From sequence record DRR723986_6241: a DNA stretch of 64,000 bases; one strand, written 5' to 3'. The translations under genes were made by a program, and so were the position numbers. The notes under the pieces were generated by a model. That model was not told the origin of the DNA, ran no database searches, and saw only the letters and a list, made by a program, of their open reading frames with translations. Below, piece after piece: positions 1-7,744 of this stretch; position 1 is the stretch's first letter; each line of letters starts with the position of its first letter.

Positions 1-204
1 CGCATAGGCCTCATAGGCATACCACCACTGATAAATCCGCCAGGGTTTGTAAACTGGCGTGTCGCCCAGAATGAACCACGGACGTCCGATTGCGGCCTGA
101 TACTCAAGCGCAGCCGCAGCCCATTGCGTAGCTGCCCAAGTCGCACCAACAACTATCGCAAGAACGACAACGATCTGACCCAGAAGAATTTTGGTCGGCG
201 ACAT
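1..204 (-). CDS. traG: Conjugal transfer coupling protein TraG/VirD4, N-terminal part (runs off the left edge)
   Basis: Not in the ORF track. Manual translation from ATG at 204 gives MSPTKILLGQIVVVLAIVVGATWAATQWAAAALEYQAAIGRPWF...WWYAYEAYA, the typical N-terminus of Tn4371-family TraG. GGAG RBS upstream. Confidence 0.85.
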   Translation of the reverse strand, partial: MSPTKILLGQIVVVLAIVVGATWAATQWAAAALEYQAAIGRPWFILGDTPVYKPWRIYQWWYAYEAYA

Positions 205-430
205 GCGCACCACTCCAGACACTTGATCTGGAGTTTGTCGTCCATTTCACGGACTTCACAGTGTGATCAGCGGCCAATTCCCGACGCCACGCGCAGACGG
301 CACCAAAGCCACACATACTGAAGATATTACAAGATCAATAGACGGGAGTTATATCGCCAGTCGATCTGAAAAACCGATAGTGGGCCGTAAAATCGTCAAT
401 TCTGCTCTGGGCGCGACACTCTATATTGCT

Positions 431-874
431 TCACCGGAATATCCTCCCGAGAACCCGACGAAGCCATCTCACCTCTGATTGTTGCGCTGACGTATTCAGC
501 TCAGACGAAGGAGCGAGCGGCTTTTGCGGCTGCCGTCCCTTTGTGCGTCTCCATTCATCGCGGTGACGGCCAGCCGCAATTTGCTCTTCTGTCCAATCGT
601 TGGCCCATTGGATTCGATTCTTGGTGATTAGGTAGTGCGAGCGACACTCGAAGCCCCAATTTCCGACAGACGGCCGAATTGTAACAGATTTGCCATCGAA
701 CAATAGGTTCCAGTCTGTTGGATGAAGCGGAAGGACAACTTTACTACCACAGCCGCAGGCGCATTTATGTGCCGTCGTGGTGTACTCGATGGAAACATAG
801 AGAACTCCGGGCTCCAGATCCTTAGGAATGAAATCAACAAATTGAGGCGTCAGCTGATCGATAGATGAAGTCAT
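431..874 (-). CDS. DUF6527-like Cys/His-rich protein
   Basis: Motifs HKCACGCG, L.PTDW, PSVGNW..ECRSHY. Start chosen at MTSSID (ATGA overlap with the upstream stop at 871-874). Confidence 0.8.
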   Translation of the reverse strand: MTSSIDQLTPQFVDFIPKDLEPGVLYVSIEYTTTAHKCACGCGSKVVLPLHPTDWNLLFDGKSVTIRPSVGNWGFECRSHYLITKNRIQWANDWTEEQIAAGRHRDEWRRTKGRQPQKPLAPSSELNTSAQQSEVRWLRRVLGRIFR

Positions 875-2055
875 GCTGCCGTCCGGATAAGTGTGCGAGC
901 ATCGACTTGGTGTATCCAAACAGGATCGCCATGATCCGCATAAAAGCCTCGATGCGCCTTCCACAACTGTACCGCCATATCCGCGTTCATGCTGTTGAGG
1001 TCGGATACTTGTATATTCGCCATGTAAAGGCGGTCTTGGCTTGGATTATCGACTGGGATATGGGGAGCAACAGCCGATCGGTTCTCAGGCGTACTAAGCA
1101 CGGCGCGAAGCGTTCCGCCGAGACCATTTGGCGTCATATGCAGACCCATACCGACTTCTACAAAAGCAACCCCCATGGCGTCGAGCTTTGCGATAACGGC
1201 GGCCTTCGATGGGCCGGGATCCATGGCAAGAAATGCGAAAGTTACCCCATCCAAAAGGCTCACATTTTTCGCAGTCAGCGCGACAGCGTTGGGGATAATC
1301 CCATTTTTCATTTGGGCGTATCGGCCCGCGTGGTAGTCCACCTTCGGGCGCGGTGGTTGCAATTCTTCGCGCGCCGGCGCGCCCGGCGAGCGAAACGCAT
1401 TATGTGGGTAAAAACGATCATTGTCGAACAGGCGCGCCTCTTTGATCGGCGTTTTGCTTACATGGTCGAGTATGTACGCGCCGGTACCACCCAACCCTAC
1501 CAATGCAACAATCTCGCTTTTGAACAGTGCGGCGAGCTGCGTTGTCCCTGATCGCGCGGAAGCACTGTCAGGAAAGACGAATGCATCGTCCTCTGAATTC
1601 ATCGAAGGTAACGCGCCGACTTTCGGCGTTGCATTCTGATCAACAGCATGCACCTCGCCGAGGATAATGTCGACGTAGGTAACGACTTTCTCGTGGAAGT
1701 TTTTGTAGCTCCTCTGGCCTGATGCATCTCGCAGCTTGTTGGAGAAACCATGACTGATCTTCATATCGCCGAGTTGAGATGCACACGGACTTGTCTTGCC
1801 CAGAGCGCTTAATTCACGGCCATTTCTATCGCATGGCATGTCGCCTGAAAATGACATTATATGCGTTCTTGGCGGAACGGTTTGTTCTGCAGTTGCATCG
1901 AGGGGACAAACAAAGGCGCCGCGGCGGATATTCCCACTCGCGTCGAGATATGGAATTTCTTCAACCACAAGATGGCCTTCCGCAATACGGAGCGCATACC
2001 CCTCGATGGCGAGTTGGCGCAGGTCGGCGCTATGATTTATCAGTTGCTGAGACAT
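871..2055 (-). CDS. ThiF/E1-like adenylyltransferase with N-terminal E2-like (DUF6791-type) domain
   Basis: LVGLGGTG nucleotide-binding loop, LFDND...HNAFR motif, ~165 aa N-terminal extra domain. Start MSQQLINH at 2055 overlaps the Ubl gene. Confidence 0.85.
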   Translation of the reverse strand: MSQQLINHSADLRQLAIEGYALRIAEGHLVVEEIPYLDASGNIRRGAFVCPLDATAEQTVPPRTHIMSFSGDMPCDRNGRELSALGKTSPCASQLGDMKISHGFSNKLRDASGQRSYKNFHEKVVTYVDIILGEVHAVDQNATPKVGALPSMNSEDDAFVFPDSASARSGTTQLAALFKSEIVALVGLGGTGAYILDHVSKTPIKEARLFDNDRFYPHNAFRSPGAPAREELQPPRPKVDYHAGRYAQMKNGIIPNAVALTAKNVSLLDGVTFAFLAMDPGPSKAAVIAKLDAMGVAFVEVGMGLHMTPNGLGGTLRAVLSTPENRSAVAPHIPVDNPSQDRLYMANIQVSDLNSMNADMAVQLWKAHRGFYADHGDPVWIHQVDARTLIRTAA

Positions 2056-2707
2056 TGAAGACCATCCCCACGACGACGCGGACTTTACCGCCCTCAAGCA
2101 AAACGCCTTCGCGACGGCGCTTTGGGCCCCGCGAGAAGGAAACGGTGAAACAGATTTGATCGCGCCCAAAAAGATCAGGGAAAGCAAGTCTGGCGAGTTC
2201 ACCGAAAGTTAGCCGCCCCTTGTCAACGCTGATCATCTCGCCGTTCAAAATGATGTCGACGGTTTCATCCTTTGGCTCTCCTGACCGGATACGCTCAACG
2301 CCGTCCTTTTTGAGACGCACGCGCCCATCATCGTCGATCGACCGATCACCATCTGAGTCGAGAAATAAGTCTTGATCGTCCTGGACGTGCCCGATCGCGC
2401 GCAGATCAACCGAAGAAATCTCTTCATCGCCCCACAGCACTTCTCTTTCATTCAACAGTGCCCGAAAAAGGCGATCTCCCTTGAAGGCCCTGAAGATTAG
2501 CGGTTCGTCCGATTCGATGTTCACCAACTCGTCGAGGCCAATCGCTCTTGTACCGAAATCCTTGAACACGACGATTGAATAATCGGACGCCGGGCGAAAT
2601 GCGGCAAGGCTCAATAAGTCCCGACCGGATAGATTACCGTCTTCAGTAGTATAGATGCGATCGTTGACTACGACTTCGCGGCGGTTGTTTGAGGCAGGGT
2701 GGCCCAT
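2030..2707 (-). CDS. Multi-ubiquitin domain protein (three beta-grasp repeats)
   Basis: Three ~70 aa repeats beginning VVVND / ALLNE / IILNG, with patterns such as LSGRDLL and LTFGEL. GGAG RBS before ATG 2707. C-terminus ATDKS. Confidence 0.8.
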   Translation of the reverse strand: MGHPASNNRREVVVNDRIYTTEDGNLSGRDLLSLAAFRPASDYSIVVFKDFGTRAIGLDELVNIESDEPLIFRAFKGDRLFRALLNEREVLWGDEEISSVDLRAIGHVQDDQDLFLDSDGDRSIDDDGRVRLKKDGVERIRSGEPKDETVDIILNGEMISVDKGRLTFGELARLAFPDLFGRDQICFTVSFSRGPKRRREGVLLEGGKVRVVVGMVFNVSATDKS

Positions 2708-2783
2708 GGATTTCTCCAGTATGAGTTCGCCCACTCGCCGGGCTCAGCGAAGGTTGACTGAAAGCGCGCAGCATGATTCTAGT

Positions 2784-2839
2784 GTCTCACCGATAAGACG
2801 TTTCATGTGTGATGCGCAAACTGTCTCACTTATGAAACA
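2784..2839. promoter_or_regulatory. Three palindromic operator-like sites GTYTCA-N4-TGARAC in a divergent promoter
   Basis: GTCTCAccgaTAAGAC (2784-2799), GTTTCAtgtgTGATGC (2800-2815), TGTCTCActtaTGAAACA (2822-2839). Confidence 0.65.
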
Positions 2840-2893
2840 CATAGGAGGAACACCCATGACCTGTCAAGGGGCGCCTCGCGCGCCGCACAAGAA

Positions 2894-3229
2894 ATGAGTC
2901 TCAAAATTGAAAAGCTGGGAGAAATGGTCGTCGAGCGCAGGGGCACACTTGGCGTAAGAGCCGCGGCAAAAGCGATAGGAATAAGTCCAGCAACTCTATC
3001 GCGCATCGAGAACGGCCACGTCCCAGATCTGACCACCTTCGCCGCAATCTGCAGATGGCTTGATGAAGATCCGAATCTGTTTCTAGGTATGCAACCTTCA
3101 GACAAACAACGAGAATCGGCTACGGTTCACCTGCGCAAGCAGAAGACGACATCAGTCGACACCGCGCGCGCCCTTGGTGAAATGATCATCTCGGCGCAGC
3201 AAGCGCTCCGCGATATAGATCGTCTCTAA
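2894..3229 (+). CDS. XRE-family HTH repressor (CapH/DdrO-like)
   Basis: VRAAAKAIGISPATLSRIENG HTH plus short C-terminal domain. Directly upstream of a metallopeptidase gene. Confidence 0.85.
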   Translation: MSLKIEKLGEMVVERRGTLGVRAAAKAIGISPATLSRIENGHVPDLTTFAAICRWLDEDPNLFLGMQPSDKQRESATVHLRKQKTTSVDTARALGEMIISAQQALRDIDRL

Positions 3230-3231
3230 TC

Positions 3232-3789
3232 ATGCGGCGCGGCTTCAAGACACAAGCGGAAAAGCTCGCGCTCAGACACAGGTCCGCTTTTGGCGTCGAA
3301 CCGCACGAAAAGATCAATCCAAAAGCGTTTCTGGAGTCCATTGGTCTTGTAGTTTGGAAACCCGAAGACATTCCTGGAATCAGTCCTGACAGTCTGAAGC
3401 AACTCATGCAAAGCGACCCCGATGCTTGGTCTGGTGTCACCGTTCGAGAGGGTCCTCACACTGCCATTATTGTCAATTCAGTTCACCCACCGACGCGTCA
3501 GGCAAGTACACTTATGCACGAATGGGCGCATATTGAGCTACGACACAAACCCAGCCGGGCGGATCGGTCCGTGGGTGGATTGTTGCTTCTGAGCGATTAT
3601 CCCGCAGAGATTGAAGAAGAAGCCGATTGGCTTGCTGGCTGTATATTGGCGCCGCGTGAGGGACTTTTACATCTGTGCTCCCGAGGACTGAAAGCCAATC
3701 AAGTGGCTGTTCACTATGGAATTAGCCTGCAAATGTCCAACTGGCGGATCGGCAAAACCGGGGTGATGCGACAGCTCGGGATCAGATAG
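3232..3789 (+). CDS. ImmA/IrrE-family Zn metallopeptidase (CapP-like)
   Basis: TLMHEWAH (HExxH) and EEEADWLAGCILAP motifs. Confidence 0.9.
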   Translation: MRRGFKTQAEKLALRHRSAFGVEPHEKINPKAFLESIGLVVWKPEDIPGISPDSLKQLMQSDPDAWSGVTVREGPHTAIIVNSVHPPTRQASTLMHEWAHIELRHKPSRADRSVGGLLLLSDYPAEIEEEADWLAGCILAPREGLLHLCSRGLKANQVAVHYGISLQMSNWRIGKTGVMRQLGIR

Positions 3790-3897
3790 CCCAATCTATT
3801 GGCCCAAGATACATGACTGAGTATTCCAGTACGGGTTCTTGCTTACAATCTGTTCGGCCATGAATGGGCAATGTCTGCCATCCGGATTTAATGAGAT

Positions 3898-5841
3898 TCA
3901 TCTCCCAATGCCCCGCGATATACCTTTCTCAAGTGTCCAGGAAACCCCAGCGCCGACTCTTTTGACTTCAATTCCGCGTTCAAGATTTTGACTCAACTCC
4001 CGGCGCCAAGGCACAAGCACAAACTCCTTCCCATTCCCAATCACCGCCATACGCCCCTGCGCCAAGTCGACGGTCGTCTGCATCGTCCCGCGAAAGCTGC
4101 CCCCAGGCTGAAGCTCAGCCGCGCCCTGCCCCGTTCGCCGCGCGACATCTTTCGACGCCGTGAGCAATTCCTCCATTTTCAACTTAACCAATACTTCTTC
4201 CGAAACCCGTGCCTCGCTCTGCACCAGCACCCCCTGCCCGCGCAAAAAGTTCAGCCGCGCCCGTCTCTTGGCCGCCAATTCGACCTGTCCCATTCTCCCG
4301 TCTGAAGCATCGTCGAACGTATCAAGCCACGTCGCACCCGGATGTTCCAATTGGTCGCTCACGCTGATCCATGATCGAATAACGATTTGTGCGCCACCCG
4401 CGCGGGTTCGCTCAAACTCACCTGCACGCTCCAGAAAATCAGATCCAACTGACCACGACCCATCAGAATTCCGCATGACAACTCCCGCCCGCCTCAGCGC
4501 CTCCAGCCGCCGCTTGTGTGCGAGCCGATAGGCGGCGCTCGATCCCGGCTCTGCGGCTGCATGCAGCGCGTCAGAATAGATGCCGCCTGACCGCTCCGCG
4601 ATCCTCGCTATTGTTCGATCTGACGCACGCGGCTCGCCAATCGCGGTCGACACTTCGACAATCGCCCCTTTCGGCGGCATGCTTCCGGCACCAAGCCCGG
4701 CTGCATCAACATGCCAGGTCCCGCCATCGAACTCCCGCACGAGCAAATATCGCGTATCGCGCAATTCATCGGCTGGGCCTGATGCAATCACTTCCCCAAG
4801 AACGGGGCCCGTGCCCGGCGCCCTCGTCTCGAACATCTTCAGGTCATCGATCCGCGCCTGCGTGTGGGACGCCGACAAGGTCCGGATAAAATCCCCCCTG
4901 CGGCCCATCTGCCGAAGCGTATCGGCCCACCCCTGCTCCATCTGGTATTGACCGGCACTCATCCGCGATGCGAGCCGGAGACCTTCAAGATGCTTCAGCC
5001 GGGCAAGCTTGAGCGACCGCTGGAACCGGTCCGCACTCTTAGAGGGTGGCGGGATCGCGACAATCCCCTCACGCGCCTCGCTCAGCAGTTGACGATCAAT
5101 CCCTGTAAATCTGTCCTGGCTGATCTCGCTCTGACGGGCTCGCATGATCTCAAGATCCCGGCGAGGACCGAGCGTTTGGGTGACGAGGTCCTCCGCCTGC
5201 CGCCGCAGACCTTGTGTCAGGTATTCGCGGGCGATGACCAGGTCGCGTCCGAGCTGGTCCTTGCCCCGAATGACAATATGCGTGTGAGGATGGCCGGTAT
5301 TGTGATGATCGACAGCCAACCAGTCGAGGCGGGTTCCGAGGTCACTTTCCATCCGGTCCATGAGCTGACGCGTGTTCGATTTGAGATCACCCATCTGGTC
5401 GCCGTCTTCCGGCGATACGATGATCCGGAATTGGTGGCGGTCGCTTTCGCTGCGTTCGAGGAATTCCCGCGACCCAATCCCCTCTTCCCGTGAGGAATAC
5501 AATTCACCGCCACGCCCGTCCCGATCCACGCCGTCACGCTGGAGATATTTGAGATGGGCGTTGAAGGCTGCGCGCCCGGCGCCGGGTTTCGACCGGGCGA
5601 TATGCACTTTGACCGTGACACGCCGCATGCGATGTCGGGGCAGTCGCTGGCCTCGGACAGACGCCATGCGTCCTACCACCGCGCCGCGCCCATATCGGCT
5701 TCCGGTAAAGCCTGGCTTTCCCACCGGTTTCGCAAGGCGGGCAGCAACCTTCGTGACACGCTGCCGGAACCGCTTGCCACCTGCGGCGCCCACATCCCGG
5801 ATACGTCCCAGGCGCGGCGTGAAATCGTCCTCGCCGCTCAT
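3898..5841 (-). CDS. rlxS: MOBP relaxase RlxS/VirD2-like with DUF3363-type C-terminus
   Basis: HLKYLQRDG (catalytic Tyr), FRIIVSPEDG and HHNTGHPHTHIVIRG (HUH) motifs. Confidence 0.92.
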   Translation of the reverse strand: MSGEDDFTPRLGRIRDVGAAGGKRFRQRVTKVAARLAKPVGKPGFTGSRYGRGAVVGRMASVRGQRLPRHRMRRVTVKVHIARSKPGAGRAAFNAHLKYLQRDGVDRDGRGGELYSSREEGIGSREFLERSESDRHQFRIIVSPEDGDQMGDLKSNTRQLMDRMESDLGTRLDWLAVDHHNTGHPHTHIVIRGKDQLGRDLVIAREYLTQGLRRQAEDLVTQTLGPRRDLEIMRARQSEISQDRFTGIDRQLLSEAREGIVAIPPPSKSADRFQRSLKLARLKHLEGLRLASRMSAGQYQMEQGWADTLRQMGRRGDFIRTLSASHTQARIDDLKMFETRAPGTGPVLGEVIASGPADELRDTRYLLVREFDGGTWHVDAAGLGAGSMPPKGAIVEVSTAIGEPRASDRTIARIAERSGGIYSDALHAAAEPGSSAAYRLAHKRRLEALRRAGVVMRNSDGSWSVGSDFLERAGEFERTRAGGAQIVIRSWISVSDQLEHPGATWLDTFDDASDGRMGQVELAAKRRARLNFLRGQGVLVQSEARVSEEVLVKLKMEELLTASKDVARRTGQGAAELQPGGSFRGTMQTTVDLAQGRMAVIGNGKEFVLVPWRRELSQNLERGIEVKRVGAGVSWTLEKGISRGIGR

Positions 5842-5942
5842 CGCCTGTGCACCTGCTGACTCGCCGTCGCTTCAGGCAACTCAGCCAATCCTGTGCACCT
5901 CGAAAACCTGCAAGAGGCACCAAAAATCAGATGTGCAGACAA

Positions 5943-5983
5943 GGCACTAACCAGAGGTTGGTGCCACAGCTTTAATCTTGCCC
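5943..5983 (+). other. Candidate oriT (inverted repeat followed by IncP-like nic site)
   Basis: GGCACTAACC-aga-GGTTGGTGCC inverted repeat, then TAATCTTG^CCC, resembling the RP4 nic TATCCTG^CCC. Lies between traF and the relaxase. Confidence 0.6.
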
Positions 5984-6047
5984 TACCGGGTCCGCTGACC
6001 AGATCCTTGCTCACGCTTGCATCGCCTTGACCCCGCTTGCGCCGGGT

Positions 6048-6548
6048 TCACCTAATTCGTTTCCAGAGGAGGACGGCAACGCCGTCCAGGTCTTCGCGTT
6101 TTGTCGGGCCGAAGTATCGGCCATCAAGCGAGCGCGGATGCGGATTCAGGAGAAACACGTCATCGTCTTTCAACACGACGCAGCCGCTCCACGCCGGCAA
6201 AACGCGACCCAGATGATCGACAGACAGTGCTGTCGCGACGTGCTTTGCGTTCACAGAAATGAGTTCCCCATGCCTGCAGGCTTCATCGCCGGACATAGCC
6301 GCAATCTGCTTGATCAGTGGCCAGTCCTGCCCAACAAATCCCTTCGCCTCGGCCCATTCCGCTTCACGGCTCCTGGCTGAGATGACGACCCATCGCCCAT
6401 GGGTGAAGGGGGCGTCACTCAGCCAGTAGAGACCTTCTGGCGCGCTACCGGTACGGTTCCAGATCAGCCTTGCCTGAGGATCGAAGATGAAGCCAATCAG
6501 GCCGATCAGGACTGCACCGGAGGCGACAATCGCCGGCGCTTTTCTCAT
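6048..6548 (-). CDS. traF: S26-family conjugative peptidase TraF
   Basis: WNRTGSAPEGLY, LIKQIAA and SLDGRYFGP motifs. Confidence 0.9.
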   Translation of the reverse strand: MRKAPAIVASGAVLIGLIGFIFDPQARLIWNRTGSAPEGLYWLSDAPFTHGRWVVISARSREAEWAEAKGFVGQDWPLIKQIAAMSGDEACRHGELISVNAKHVATALSVDHLGRVLPAWSGCVVLKDDDVFLLNPHPRSLDGRYFGPTKREDLDGVAVLLWKRIR

Positions 6549-6787
6549 TTCGTGCGCTGAACACGTGAGGAGGTTGACGAGAACATCTGCGCTTCCGACC
6601 AGGCGAGAAGGCTTGCCCTTGTATAGAAAACGCGGGTGCCGTGCTTGCGATAGATCGGCCCGCGTCCTTCGCAGCGATAATGATCGAGCGTCGACCGCTT
6701 CAGCCGCAGGAATGCGGCTGCTTCCACAACGTTGAAAAGGTCATTGTCATTGGCCGCCATGGGCAGTGTCTTGTCCTGATCATTCAT
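6545..6787 (-). CDS. Excisionase/RdfS-like HTH protein
   Basis: EAAAFLRLKRSTLDHYRCEGRGP.YRKHG.RV.Y. Upstream of traF-rlxS as in rdfS operons. AAGGAG RBS. Confidence 0.8.
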   Translation of the reverse strand: MNDQDKTLPMAANDNDLFNVVEAAAFLRLKRSTLDHYRCEGRGPIYRKHGTRVFYTRASLLAWSEAQMFSSTSSRVQRTK

Positions 6788-6965
6788 CGGTATCTCCTTT
6801 CCTGAGGTTTTGTCCGATGCGATCAGAATGCCGCTTGCTGCGCCGATTTTGAGAGGAAAAATGCGCCCCCGCAATTTTCCCCCGCCGAATTTACCATGCG
6901 GCAGACACGCGAAAGCCGCCCCGGAGAATATCTCCGGAGCGGCTCCGAGGCGATGGAATTGAAAC

Positions 6966-7289
6966 CTAGTCCCGCGGGTTCCAGAGGATCACGTGGCGGC
7001 CTTTCTTGCCTTTGACGGGGGCGAGATTTGCGTAGATCTTGCACGGGCCGATCTGCGGGTCCGCGAGGGTGATCGAGACATAATCGCGTCCGGAGGCTTT
7101 CGCCTTTCGCATCCATCCGCCACCGATTTCTGTCGAGGTTTCTCCGGCGAAGATTCGGTAGTCGGGCTGACCTTCTGCCGCTTTCTCACCGTTCTTCTCG
7201 ATGCGGATGGGGCTTGTGAGGTTCATCATTGCGAGGGCGCCTTCGAAGCCGGTTTTGGTCTCAGAGACATATCCAAGTGCGTTTGCCAT
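6966..7289 (-). CDS. DUF736 family protein
   Basis: QPDYRI...IGGGW...DYVSITLADP motif. Start MANALG after a GAAAGGA RBS. Confidence 0.85.
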   Translation of the reverse strand: MANALGYVSETKTGFEGALAMMNLTSPIRIEKNGEKAAEGQPDYRIFAGETSTEIGGGWMRKAKASGRDYVSITLADPQIGPCKIYANLAPVKGKKGRHVILWNPRD

Positions 7290-7323
7290 TGTGTGGTTCC
7301 TTTCGTTATTGCGCTTGTCCCGG

Positions 7324-7537
7324 GGACCCCTTGTCCCCGTCGACGCCGGACCGCCCGGACGGCGCAGGACGGGTTTGAACCGCTTGCGGGCGAAACGCAG
7401 TGGAGCACCGGCGCGGCGATGAATTTTGATCCGCGAGGAGCCGCAAAGCGGCGGGGAAAATTCTTGCGCCCGGGCCGGTTTCACAGCCCGGCAGGCGTCG
7501 TCCAGGTCACACGGCAAGAGACGGGGACAAGGGGTCC
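7324..7537. repeat. Long nested inverted repeat (putative ssDNA hairpin)
   Basis: 18-bp perfect arms GGACCCCTTGTCCCCGTC / GACGGGGACAAGGGGTCC, plus several internal complementary segments. Confidence 0.75.
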
Positions 7538-7744
7538 GATACGCGAGGTTACGAAAACGGATGGAACCAGACTGGCAGACAATTCCGGATGCAAGGCGAA
7601 ACCCAAAGACGGGCGTTTTTTTGGCGCCCTCACCCATGAAACAGCTCTGCCAACAGTCCCTCAGCATGAGAGAATGATACGGGAAAGCCGCCCGATGCCT
7701 GGCACCGGACGGCTCGCGATCCGCCTGAAAAGGAGACTGAATCC

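Noticed and set aside
865-1551. 228-aa plus-strand ORF
   Set aside because: Antisense shadow of the ThiF gene with no recognisable motifs.
431-2707. ThiF/MoeB cofactor-biosynthesis or canonical Bil/CBASS assignment
   Set aside because: No ThiS/MoaD Gly-Gly carrier, no thi/moa genes, no JAB peptidase and no cyclase.
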